Positions 16,853 to 25,975 of a stretch of DNA of 64,000 bases are shown one piece after another. The stretch's first letter is position 1. Every line of letters begins with the position of its first letter. Origin of the DNA: a virus; the IMG/VR virus record IMGVR_UViG_3300028829_002978, positions 2,437 to 66,436 of that record. One strand, 5' to 3'. A program made the position numbers and the translations under genes. The notes under the pieces are model-generated. The model made no database searches. It was not told where the DNA came from and worked only from the letters and a program-made list of their open reading frames with translations.

Positions 16853-18660
16853 TACCTAAAAATTTATTACCAATACCTCATCCTACTACTTATGATCCAG
16901 GTCCTAATTACTTTTATGAGAATGTTGTAAAACATCTAATACCTGACTTTATTCGTATTATGAATAATGGTCTTACTATTGATGATAAAGCAGTAGATGA
17001 GCTTCGTGGTGTCTTAGATAAGATGTTAAAAAGTATTGCAGCTCGCTTAGCTAATAATCAAGTTATTCTTGACTTTCAAGCACAAGAGTATCCTAAGAAA
17101 TTTGCAGAGTACAAAACTAAAGTTACAGCTTCATGTAGAACTATGGAACATTTCTTAAAAGATTATGATCCTACAAACGCTGTTCATAGAACATATATTG
17201 TAAATAACTATTTAAATAGTATAGAACAATTAGAACATGTACACCCAAAATGGTCTGTTAAAGACACAAAATTGATAAGTGAATTTTTAAATGATCAATT
17301 TTTAGTAGATATTGTGAATAAAAAAGTTAGTAAAAAAGATCCTATGGCTATACTTGCTATGGAGAGTCTAGCACTTAATAAAATGAGTTTATGGAATAAA
17401 GTTAGAACTGATAAAGTAGCAGATGCTACACAAGAAAAATTGTTACCACCTTTTAATCCAGGAAGCTCCTTACAGCTTAGGAAATTATTTGAGTTCTTGA
17501 AAATAGAACCTTTGAAGTTTTCTAAAGATACTGGTGAACCAAGTTGGGGACGAGAGCAAATAGAAGAAATATTAAATGAACAATGTACTGATCCTGTTCT
17601 AGAGGAATTACTTGTTGCATTTGTAGATTATTCATTTAGTTCAATTGTTAGAACTACATTTATAGAAGGGTTTGATGCTTATACTATTAATCATAAACTT
17701 CATGGTAATTTTAAGTTATTTGGAGCAAAGAGTTTCAGACCAACGTCTAATAAAATTAATCTATTAAATATGCCATCGACTAAATCTATATATGCTGAAC
17801 CGCTAAAGAAGTGTATTGTTGCACCTCCAGGTTATGTAGTATGGACAATTGATTATTCTGCATTGGAAGATAGGGTTATAGCAAATCTAAGTAATGATAC
17901 AAATAAACTAGATATTTTTAGAGAAGGTTTAGATGGACATTCACTTAATGCTGTAGGCTATTTCCCAGAAAAGGTTGCTAAAATTCTAGGACCTAATGAA
18001 GATAATGTAGCGTATGTTAAAGCGTTTAAACAAGGTGTTGATGATGGAAATAAAGATCTAAAGAAAATCAGACAAGAAGGAAAAGGTCCTACTTTCGGAT
18101 TAGCTTATGGTGCTTATCCTCCTAAGATCGCAGCAACTATTAAATGTTCAATAGCAGCAGCTACAACAATCTTTAATAATTATCATGATGTATTGTATCC
18201 AGGTATTACTAATTTTCGAGAGAATATTATTATACCTCAAGCAAACTATAATGGATATGTTCATTTAGGTTTAGGTTGTCGTCTATACGTAGATGATGTA
18301 CAAAAAGATTCTAGAACACTATTTAATGCTTGTTCTCAGTTTTGGTCTATATTGACACTTATATCTATTCATAGGTTACACAATGAATTAGATATTCAAG
18401 AGAAACTAGAAGAAACAGGTGTAACTGTTAATGCTACTATTTATGACTCTATTTATGGTATTGTTAAAGCTGATGCTGAATCTATAAAATGGTTGAATGA
18501 CACAATTTGTCCTATCATGGAAGAAGACTTCTTAGAAGATCAGATTGTAAAAAATGAAGCTAATTTAGAGATCGGACACAGTTGGGCAGACATGGTTGAA
18601 TTACAACATAACGCATCTACTGAAGAAATTCAAGGAGTGTTAGATGATTCAATGGTTTAA
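16849..18660 (+). CDS. polA: Family A DNA polymerase, polymerase domain
   Basis: FNPGS..QL, motif A IDYSALEDR, DGHSL, motif B RQEGKGPTFGLAYG and motif C IYDSI. Confidence 0.9.
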   Translation: MIPKNLLPIPHPTTYDPGPNYFYENVVKHLIPDFIRIMNNGLTIDDKAVDELRGVLDKMLKSIAARLANNQVILDFQAQEYPKKFAEYKTKVTASCRTMEHFLKDYDPTNAVHRTYIVNNYLNSIEQLEHVHPKWSVKDTKLISEFLNDQFLVDIVNKKVSKKDPMAILAMESLALNKMSLWNKVRTDKVADATQEKLLPPFNPGSSLQLRKLFEFLKIEPLKFSKDTGEPSWGREQIEEILNEQCTDPVLEELLVAFVDYSFSSIVRTTFIEGFDAYTINHKLHGNFKLFGAKSFRPTSNKINLLNMPSTKSIYAEPLKKCIVAPPGYVVWTIDYSALEDRVIANLSNDTNKLDIFREGLDGHSLNAVGYFPEKVAKILGPNEDNVAYVKAFKQGVDDGNKDLKKIRQEGKGPTFGLAYGAYPPKIAATIKCSIAAATTIFNNYHDVLYPGITNFRENIIIPQANYNGYVHLGLGCRLYVDDVQKDSRTLFNACSQFWSILTLISIHRLHNELDIQEKLEETGVTVNATIYDSIYGIVKADAESIKWLNDTICPIMEEDFLEDQIVKNEANLEIGHSWADMVELQHNASTEEIQGVLDDSMV

Positions 18661-18793
18661 ACAGACATTTTGTAATCATGATTGGAAACCTAGAGTTTTT
18701 AGTAGTCGTTGTTACGACCAAGAAATTTGGTACGAATGTACAAAGTGTAATAAACAAAGTGTAATAAACAAAGTTAAAGAGGAAAATAAATGA
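18644..18793 (+). CDS. Small zinc-ribbon protein (49 aa)
   Basis: MIQWFKQTFCNHDW...YECTKC; AAGGAG RBS; contains a 14-bp tandem duplication at 18740-18774. Confidence 0.6.
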   Translation: MIQWFKQTFCNHDWKPRVFSSRCYDQEIWYECTKCNKQSVINKVKEENK

Positions 18794-19620
18794 GTAAAGT
18801 AGAAAAAGTTAAGACCGATTTGGATTATAATAATGGTAAAGGTATTTTACCTGAAGGTGCATTTAGAATAAGTGCCTCTCAATTTAATACGTTTATGAGT
18901 TACCCACATCAATGGTTTAGAGAGCAAGTATTAGGTGAATCAGGATTTATCGGTAATACTGGATCTGTGTTAGGTACATGTGTACATTATATTGCAGAAA
19001 AAGTAGGTAAAGGTGAACACCCAGACGTTGCTCAAATTGAACAATATATTGAGAATCACTCAAATCCTATTGAATTCCCTGATGTAGATGTTCACGTAGT
19101 TAGAGCGCAGTATAAACTTATGGGTGAGACATTAGTAAATCAGTATATCTTACAAAATAAACCTTATAGAGTTGAAGAGTTTATCTCTACTGAACTGTAT
19201 AAAGGTATATACCCATCAGGTAGTTGTGACGCTGTAGATGGTTCAGATGATTCTGCTTGTATTGTTGATTATAAAACATATAGTAGTAAAACTAAACCTA
19301 AAGCTATACCTATGAACTATAAGTATCAATTACTTATGTATGCTTATATCTACACTGAGCAAGGTATAAACGTTGATCGTATTAGATTAGTATATGTCAA
19401 TAGATATATTGATGGCGGTATCTCAGAGAAGACTGGTAAACCTTTAAAATCTTATGCCCCTGAGGTAACAGTACTCACAGAGTCTATTACTAAAGACGAT
19501 TTAGATTTTATTGAATCAGTTATGTGTTTATGTTCAGAAACTTATCTGAAATATAAAGAAGATCCAAGTTTAGGGTACTTATTATACCGAGACTATAGAT
19601 TAAAAACAGAAGGAAATTAA
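18790..19620 (+). CDS. PD-(D/E)XK (Cas4/RecB-like) exonuclease
   Basis: ISASQ, GTCVH, GSCDAV, IVDYKT and YQLLMYAY. Confidence 0.85.
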   Translation: MSKVEKVKTDLDYNNGKGILPEGAFRISASQFNTFMSYPHQWFREQVLGESGFIGNTGSVLGTCVHYIAEKVGKGEHPDVAQIEQYIENHSNPIEFPDVDVHVVRAQYKLMGETLVNQYILQNKPYRVEEFISTELYKGIYPSGSCDAVDGSDDSACIVDYKTYSSKTKPKAIPMNYKYQLLMYAYIYTEQGINVDRIRLVYVNRYIDGGISEKTGKPLKSYAPEVTVLTESITKDDLDFIESVMCLCSETYLKYKEDPSLGYLLYRDYRLKTEGN

Positions 19621-20379
19621 ATGGCTTTAAAATTATTAATTAATGGGGAAGCAGGTGTAGGTAAAACTGAACTGTTAGACTCATTAGACAAGAAAACATT
19701 TGTAGCGTCTAGAGATGCTAAGAAATTTGGGCTTAAACTCCCACACTTCTTATTAGAGGAGTGGACAGACATGAGTACATTTATTTATGGTGTAGGCGAA
19801 GGTGAAAACCGAATACCAGGTATTGTAGACAAAATGGAAGATTATAATGAAAAGTTTGGTGAATACCCAACTAATGTAGCTTTTGATTCAGTGTCTCAAA
19901 TCTTTATGGATGTTATTGATAAAGCATCTCAGACACCTAATGTATATGGTAGTCAGGGTGCAGAAGTAACTAAAGAAATGGCGATTTTAACAAAGTTTAT
20001 CCATGAAGATTTAGAGTTAAATGGTATAAATGTTATACTATTAAATCACGTTATCGAAGAAAGAGATGAAGGTAAACCAACTGGATCTTATGTTTCATTT
20101 GGAGCAGGTAAATTCTTAGCTAAAGGTGGATTCTACAGTACAACTAATGAGTCTATTACACTAGTAGCATCTGGTGAAAACAGAAAAGTTATTACTAGAG
20201 GTAAAGATAAACAAGCAAGAACTACTTTAAAAGATACTCCTGAAATTATGTGGGTAGAAAATACAGTAGATCCAAAAAGAAGTAAAAAGCTTAAAGAAGG
20301 TGAAGAATACTTTACATTAGCTGGTTATTTAGAACTATTATTAAATGATCAATCAGATGTAGAGGAATGGTCTCTGTAA
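19621..20379 (+). CDS. Sak4/AAA_24-like ATPase (N4 gp44-like)
   Basis: GEAGVGKT, AFDSVS, LLNH; lies between the nuclease and SSB genes. Confidence 0.75.
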   Translation: MALKLLINGEAGVGKTELLDSLDKKTFVASRDAKKFGLKLPHFLLEEWTDMSTFIYGVGEGENRIPGIVDKMEDYNEKFGEYPTNVAFDSVSQIFMDVIDKASQTPNVYGSQGAEVTKEMAILTKFIHEDLELNGINVILLNHVIEERDEGKPTGSYVSFGAGKFLAKGGFYSTTNESITLVASGENRKVITRGKDKQARTTLKDTPEIMWVENTVDPKRSKKLKEGEEYFTLAGYLELLLNDQSDVEEWSL

Positions 20380-20463
20380 TAGAGGCTAGCTTCTTTAATG
20401 TACGACTAGGTATAATTATACCCCAACAAATACCTCCCAAGGTAAAAATCTAAAGGATAAAAC

Positions 20464-21165
20464 ATGGCACCATTTTTTAAAAAGAAAACAAACGAAGAAG
20501 ACGTAGTAGAATACACAGGATCTGGAAACAGTAAATATATCGGTCAATCAGGAATGTTCCCTATTAATATAGTAGCACCATTCGTAAACCCAGGTAACGC
20601 GAAAGCATCAGTTATTGATTTATTTGTAGACTATAATGGTCAAAAACAAGTTATCTATGGTAACATGTCATTCACAAATAAAGATGGATCTGACAATAAA
20701 ATTGGTCAAGAAATTTTCAATAAACTAGTTGTAATTACTGATGTTGATGATGTTGAAGAACCAATTGAAGCTGAATTACCAATAGGTAAAAAAGGTGTTA
20801 ATAAAGATTGTGCTGTACTAGAATCATTAGCTGGTTTTGATGTAATCATGCAAATTAGAATGGAATATGGTATCTGGAACAACAATATTATTGAAAAGAC
20901 TGTTATTAAATCATTCTTTAGAGCTGAAGATAATGCTTCTGCTGAAGAAATTGTAGCTGCTGAAGCTGGTAAAGAAGTAGTATTTGGTACTCAATACACT
21001 AAATTAGAAGAAGGTGCAGATTTTGTTACTTACAATGATGGACTAGATGAAGAGAAAGTTGCAGCTTGGATTAAAGCTAAAAGACCTAAAGGTACAGGTA
21101 CTAGTGGACCTGCAACTGCAACTAAAAAACCATCATTTGGTAAACCTAAATTTGGTGCGAAATAA
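20464..21165 (+). CDS. Single-stranded DNA-binding protein (N4 gp45-like)
   Basis: Syntenic position, OB-like beta-rich core, and a flexible C-terminal tail ending KKPSFGKPKFGAK. Confidence 0.7.
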   Translation: MAPFFKKKTNEEDVVEYTGSGNSKYIGQSGMFPINIVAPFVNPGNAKASVIDLFVDYNGQKQVIYGNMSFTNKDGSDNKIGQEIFNKLVVITDVDDVEEPIEAELPIGKKGVNKDCAVLESLAGFDVIMQIRMEYGIWNNNIIEKTVIKSFFRAEDNASAEEIVAAEAGKEVVFGTQYTKLEEGADFVTYNDGLDEEKVAAWIKAKRPKGTGTSGPATATKKPSFGKPKFGAK

Positions 21166-21668
21166 TGCAACAGTTCATCGGAGTTAAGCTAATTAACGCT
21201 ACTCCTATGGACCGTCTAACTTACAATGTCTATCGAGGGTGGAAACTACCTGATGATGAAAATGGTACAGACGAAGGTTTCTTAGTTGAGTATGTTGATG
21301 GCGGAGAGGCAAATACTCCTGATTATAAAGGGTACGTTTCTTGGTCTCCAAAAGGTGTGTTTGAGGCATCATATAGAGCTACTAGTGGTTTAACCTTTGG
21401 ATTAGCTATAGATGCTATGAAACTAGGTCATAAAGTAGCTAGAATTGGTTGGAATGGTAAAGGTATGTGGGTTGCACTAGGTAGAGGAACTAAAGACTTA
21501 GATTCTACTAAATTCTGGAATCCTCACACTAAAGCTCATGCTGAATCACAAGGTGGAACTGCAACTGTTGATGACTACTTAATCATGAAAACAGCTGGCC
21601 AAACTATTTGTATGGGTTGGTTAGCGTCTCAAGCTGATATCTTAGCTGAGGATTGGGTAATACTATAA
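21165..21668 (+). CDS. DUF2829 / Tad2-like anti-Thoeris sponge fused to an N-terminal domain
   Basis: C-terminal half: FGLAIDAMKLGHKVARIGWNGKGMWV...WLASQADILAEDW. N-terminal half: YRGW..P.DEN..DEGFLVEY..YVSWSPK.VFE. Confidence 0.8.
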   Translation: MQQFIGVKLINATPMDRLTYNVYRGWKLPDDENGTDEGFLVEYVDGGEANTPDYKGYVSWSPKGVFEASYRATSGLTFGLAIDAMKLGHKVARIGWNGKGMWVALGRGTKDLDSTKFWNPHTKAHAESQGGTATVDDYLIMKTAGQTICMGWLASQADILAEDWVIL

Positions 21669-21799
21669 TGGCACTTAAGTATCAATGTAAAAAATGTAAG
21701 AAAATTATTCCTTATAGAGATCCAGATGGCAATAAAACTTGTGGTCCTGAACGAATTTGCCTTACTTGTCAAGATAAACCAAAAGAACCAACCGACTAA
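21668..21799 (+). CDS. 43-aa zinc-ribbon microprotein
   Basis: MALKYQCKKCKKIIPYRDPDGNKTCGPERICLTCQDKPKEPTD*; TAATG overlap. Confidence 0.6.
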   Translation: MALKYQCKKCKKIIPYRDPDGNKTCGPERICLTCQDKPKEPTD

Positions 21800-21860
21800 A
21801 TATATACCGGGCCTACTCTCGGTATATAAAATAGTAAAATAAAAATTAAAAGGATTCATT

Positions 21861-22040
21861 ATGACTGAATTACAAAAACTAGAAAAAGATTTAGAGCCAC
21901 TATTAAAAGAAGTTGTTGCATACAATGTAAAACCAAATAAATCGATCTCAGCTAGAGTTAGAAAAGGTTTAGGTTCTTTGAAAAAAGAGACTACAAATAT
22001 CAGAGCTAAATTAGTAGCAGCAGATAAAGCTGGGTACTAA
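21861..22040 (+). CDS. Hc1/histone-H1-like small basic protein (59 aa)
   Basis: PNKSISARVRKGLGSLKKETTNIR resembles the 'GNKAAG.RARK.L..LK' pattern; AAGGA RBS. Confidence 0.55.
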   Translation: MTELQKLEKDLEPLLKEVVAYNVKPNKSISARVRKGLGSLKKETTNIRAKLVAADKAGY

Positions 22041-22041
22041 C

Positions 22042-22413
22042 ATGCAAAAACATATTAATATGGTTGCTGCATTAGTTAAACCCGGGGAAGATATCTTAAC
22101 TACATTAAACCCAGGAAAAACTAACTTATTACACATGACAATTGGTGTATCTGGTGAAGCAGGGGAATTACTCGACGCTGTTAAAAAGCATGTTGTTTAT
22201 AACAAAGATTTAGATCGTGTTAACATAGTTGAAGAATTAGGTGATTTAGAGTTCTATTTAGAAGGTATTAGACAAGAGTTAAATATCACTAGAGATGAAA
22301 CTTTAGAAGCTAATATTAGTAAGTTGTTAACAAGTGATAAAGCTCGTTATAAAATGGGTAAATATACTGATGCTCAAGCTCAAGATAGAGCGGATAAAAA
22401 AACAGGAGAATAA
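22042..22413 (+). CDS. MazG-like NTP pyrophosphohydrolase
   Basis: GVSGEAGELLDAVKKHVVY...EELGDLEFY...ANISKL. Confidence 0.85.
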   Translation: MQKHINMVAALVKPGEDILTTLNPGKTNLLHMTIGVSGEAGELLDAVKKHVVYNKDLDRVNIVEELGDLEFYLEGIRQELNITRDETLEANISKLLTSDKARYKMGKYTDAQAQDRADKKTGE

Positions 22414-22414
22414 C

Positions 22415-22723
22415 ATGCTAGATGCTGAAAGAGAAGAACAAATAAAAACTAAAGGTTTAGTCGCTCCTCGACTTACACCTGATAATATTGAAGCTGTTAT
22501 TGTATCTGAAGATTACTATGTATTCCCAGGTACTACAACTACAATTTGTAGATTAGGTCTCGCTAATGGTTTTAGTACTATTGGTGAATCAGCTGCTGTT
22601 TCTTTAGAAAATTTTGATAAAGAAATTGGTGAACAAATTGCTAAAGGTAATGCTAGAGATAAAATCTGGCCATTAGAAGGTTATTTACTTAAGCAAAAGC
22701 TTTTTGAAACTAAAGAAGATTAG
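22415..22723 (+). CDS. N4 gp49/Sf6 gp66-family protein (Acb4-like nucleotide sponge candidate)
   Basis: APRLTPDNI...TIC.L.L.NGFS.IGESA.VS.ENFD.EIG..IA...A..KIW.LEGYLL; AGGAG RBS before the ATG at 22415. Confidence 0.8.
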   Translation: MLDAEREEQIKTKGLVAPRLTPDNIEAVIVSEDYYVFPGTTTTICRLGLANGFSTIGESAAVSLENFDKEIGEQIAKGNARDKIWPLEGYLLKQKLFETKED

Positions 22724-24490
22724 ATGAAAGGCTGGGCAGGATTACCTGATTTTAGTAAAGCATTATATAATGATACTTATTTCCTACCTGGGGAAAATTA
22801 TCAAGGTTGGGTAGAACGTGTAACTAACGCTTATAGTAATGATGTAGATCACGCTATAAGAATGGAGTCTTATATTAAGAACTATTGGTTTCACCCTTCA
22901 ACCCCTCCTAGTAGTAATGCTGGTACAGATAGAGGTTTACCTATATCATGTTTTACTAAATCAGTAGAAGATAATAAACCTAGTATTTTTAGCAACTATA
23001 ATGAAGGTTTTGTTCTTGGTGCTGAAGGTGGTGGGATTGGGACTACTTGGTCAAATGTTAGAGAACTAAATCATGATGCAGGTAAGTATGGTGGTAAAAC
23101 ATCTGGTGTCATACCTTTCTTAGGTATATCAGATAAAGCAACTCTAGCAATATCACAAGGTGGTTTAAGAAGAGCCTCAGAAGCTGCTTACTTAATAGAT
23201 TCTCATCCAGAAATAGAAGAGTTTACCGATTTAAGAAAACCAACTGGTGATCAAAATAGAAGAGCTCCTAATTTACATCATGGTATCTGTATAACTAATA
23301 AGTTTATGCATGCTGTTATTCATGATTTACCTTGGGATTTAATCTCACCTAAATCTAATGAAGTTGTTAAAACTATTAGTGCTAGAATGTTATGGGAAAA
23401 AATAATGGATGTAAGAACCACTTTAAAAGGTGAACCTTACTTATTATTTATTGACACTGTTAATGATCTAGCGCCTGGTGAATACAAAGAAGAAGGTATT
23501 GTAGTTATTACAAGTAACTTATGTACTGAAATTACTCTTAGAACTGATGAGAAACATGCTGGTGTATGTTGTTTAGGTAGTATTAACTTAGAATTTTGGG
23601 AAGAATATCAACATTGTTTTGAGCAATTTATTGCTGATTGTAGTGATTTCTTAGATAACATATTACAATCATTTATAGATAAAACTAAGGGCTTAAAAGG
23701 TTTTAAACGATCAAGAGCTGGAGCTATAGATGAAAGATCTATTGGTTTAGGTGTTATGGGTTATCATTCACTATTACAGTCTAAGATGATCCCATTTGAT
23801 GGTCCTATTGCTAAAGGTTTTAACATAAAAATCTTTAAACAAATTAAAGAGGCTGCTGATAAACATAATACATCATTAGATACTGCTATTTGCCCTATGG
23901 CAAAGAGATGTGGTACAACTAAGAGAAATATTCATGTTACAGCTATTGCTCCTACAATGAGTATATCTAGTTTATGTAATGTAGCTAGTTCTGGTATTGA
24001 ACCATGGATCACTAACGCGTTTACAAAGAAAGTTCAACAGGGATCATTTGCTATTGTTAATCGACATTTATCTAAAATTATCAGTGCGTATGCAGATGAT
24101 AATAACTTAGATTTAAAATGGGTAGCTGTTCAATGGTTATCTATTAAGAAAAATAATGGTTCAGTACAGCATTTAGATTGGTTGGATGACTTTACAAAAG
24201 AAGTTTTTAAGACCGCTTTTGAAATAGATCAAGCTCATATTGTAGAACAAGCTGGAGATAGGCAACGGTATATTGATCAAGCACAGTCATTAAATTTATT
24301 TATACCAGGTGGTAGTCATGTACAACGTATCTCTGATCTCCATATCTTGGCGTGGAAGCGAAAAGTTAAATCCCTTTACTATTTACGTAGCACAGCAATT
24401 GAACGTGCTTCAACTGGGAACACGGAACGAAAAGTAATTGAAGTAAAGGAAGTAGATATGATGAATGATACTTGTATAGGGTGTGGTTAA
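22724..24490 (+). CDS. nrdA: Ribonucleotide reductase class Ia alpha subunit (no ATP cone)
   Basis: PISCF, GGGIG, SNLCTEI, IAPTMS, DQAQSLN, KSLYYLRS and C-terminal CIGC. Confidence 0.95.
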   Translation: MKGWAGLPDFSKALYNDTYFLPGENYQGWVERVTNAYSNDVDHAIRMESYIKNYWFHPSTPPSSNAGTDRGLPISCFTKSVEDNKPSIFSNYNEGFVLGAEGGGIGTTWSNVRELNHDAGKYGGKTSGVIPFLGISDKATLAISQGGLRRASEAAYLIDSHPEIEEFTDLRKPTGDQNRRAPNLHHGICITNKFMHAVIHDLPWDLISPKSNEVVKTISARMLWEKIMDVRTTLKGEPYLLFIDTVNDLAPGEYKEEGIVVITSNLCTEITLRTDEKHAGVCCLGSINLEFWEEYQHCFEQFIADCSDFLDNILQSFIDKTKGLKGFKRSRAGAIDERSIGLGVMGYHSLLQSKMIPFDGPIAKGFNIKIFKQIKEAADKHNTSLDTAICPMAKRCGTTKRNIHVTAIAPTMSISSLCNVASSGIEPWITNAFTKKVQQGSFAIVNRHLSKIISAYADDNNLDLKWVAVQWLSIKKNNGSVQHLDWLDDFTKEVFKTAFEIDQAHIVEQAGDRQRYIDQAQSLNLFIPGGSHVQRISDLHILAWKRKVKSLYYLRSTAIERASTGNTERKVIEVKEVDMMNDTCIGCG

Positions 24491-24491
24491 A

Positions 24492-25496
24492 ATGAGTTTA
24501 ATTAAACAATATGGTCTACCAATATATAAACCAACTACGGGGTTTAAGTACCCTTGGGCTATGGAATATTGGGAGAAACATGATAATGCTATCTGGCATA
24601 AACATGAGTATTCGTTAAGTAAAGATATTGCTGATTATGAGCAAGCTAGTCCTGAAGAACGTTTAGATCTAGAGAACATAATGGCACTATTCACACAGAA
24701 TGATGTAGAAGCAACTACTGGTTATGAAGCTATGCTTAGAATCTTTAAGCCTATGGAAGTTAGATTAATGCTTGGAGGGTTCAATGCTAGAGAGGGTACA
24801 CATGTTGTAAACTATGCTAACTTTATTGAAACTCTAGGTATGCCTGACAGTATGTTTACAAAATTCTTAGATAATCCAGTTATGTCAACTAAAGTTGAGT
24901 ATCTAGAGAAAGCTAAAGTTAAAAAGTATGAAGACTATAAAGCAGTAGGATTATCTGATGCGCAAGTAGATGAAGAGTTTAGAAGAGCAGTGGCTAGAAT
25001 GCTTGCAGTATATGCAGGTGGTTTAGAAGGTACTTCTCTTATGGCTCAATTTGCTATGTTATTAGAATACCAATTTGAAGGTAAGTATCCAGGGCTTTGT
25101 ACAATAGTTGAATGGTCAATTAAAGATGAGATGATGCACCTAATCGGTAATGCTAAATTATTTAGAACATACATTGAAGAGAATCCTGATATTTGGGATG
25201 ATACTTTAAAATATGATATTTATGAAGCGTTTAGAGAGATGGTATCATACGAACATGCTTTAATAGACTACTTAGGTAAACCAGATAAGTATAAGCGGTA
25301 TGTTGAATACATGGCAGATAATGCCTTAAGTGAACTAGGTATGCAAAAGAACTGGAAATTAGATCTAAACCCTATCCTATTTATGGATGATGTGGTAAGT
25401 ATTCAATTAACGGATTTCTTTGCAGGATCTGTCGCAGAGTATTCTAAAGTAGTAGAAGGTGAATGGAATCAAGTAGATTACACAAACTGGAAATAA
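24492..25496 (+). CDS. nrdB: Ribonucleotide reductase class Ia beta subunit
   Basis: FTQND, REGTHVVNY, EG..L.AQF, IKDEMMH and DFF....EY. Confidence 0.93.
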   Translation: MSLIKQYGLPIYKPTTGFKYPWAMEYWEKHDNAIWHKHEYSLSKDIADYEQASPEERLDLENIMALFTQNDVEATTGYEAMLRIFKPMEVRLMLGGFNAREGTHVVNYANFIETLGMPDSMFTKFLDNPVMSTKVEYLEKAKVKKYEDYKAVGLSDAQVDEEFRRAVARMLAVYAGGLEGTSLMAQFAMLLEYQFEGKYPGLCTIVEWSIKDEMMHLIGNAKLFRTYIEENPDIWDDTLKYDIYEAFREMVSYEHALIDYLGKPDKYKRYVEYMADNALSELGMQKNWKLDLNPILFMDDVVSIQLTDFFAGSVAEYSKVVEGEWNQVDYTNWK

Positions 25497-25505
25497 AGGA
25501 AAAGT

Positions 25506-25808
25506 ATGGGAAAAGATAAATTTACAAAACATGATAATGGTAAACCAATGGTCTCTCTAGTAGAGACTGAGTTTATCCTTGGTGTAGCTCAAGTGTTAAC
25601 ATTTGGAGCTAAAAAATATGATATAGACAACTGGAAGAATATGGAAGAAAAAGATCTAAGAAGAATTAAAGATTCTGCGCTTAGACATACTTTAGCTTAC
25701 ACTTCAGGGGAACTATTAGATCCCGAAACAGGGTTAAGCCATGCTTATCATGCTTCTTGTAATCTTATGTTCCTAGACTATTTTGATAAACTAAAGAAGC
25801 AAGTATGA
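25506..25808 (+). CDS. dATP/dGTP diphosphohydrolase domain protein (DUF5664)
   Basis: K.D.GKP..SL....I..VA.VLTFGAKKY...NW...ALRH...GE..DPETGLSH..HA.CN.MFL. Confidence 0.85.
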   Translation: MGKDKFTKHDNGKPMVSLVETEFILGVAQVLTFGAKKYDIDNWKNMEEKDLRRIKDSALRHTLAYTSGELLDPETGLSHAYHASCNLMFLDYFDKLKKQV

Positions 25809-25975
25809 TTAATACAATTATGAACTTGTTTAAAACAGCTTTTATTGTAATACTTGTAGGAATATGTATGATGGTAATTTTTTACGCATCATACTTAATT
25901 GTTCCTATGTTAATACTTTCATTTGTTGGTCTTATTACATACTTTGTTATAAAGTTTAAGAATAATCCCTTCTAG
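25805..25975 (+). CDS. Small two-TM membrane protein (56 aa)
   Basis: MINTIMNLFKTAFIVILVGICMMVIFYASYLIVPMLILSFVGLITYFVIKFKNNPF*; ATGA overlap. Confidence 0.6.
   Translation: MINTIMNLFKTAFIVILVGICMMVIFYASYLIVPMLILSFVGLITYFVIKFKNNPF

Noticed and set aside
18740-18774. 14-bp tandem repeat ACAAAGTGTAATAA, about 2.5 copies
   Set aside because: A short slippage duplication at the end of a small ORF; not CRISPR-like, since there are no spacers.
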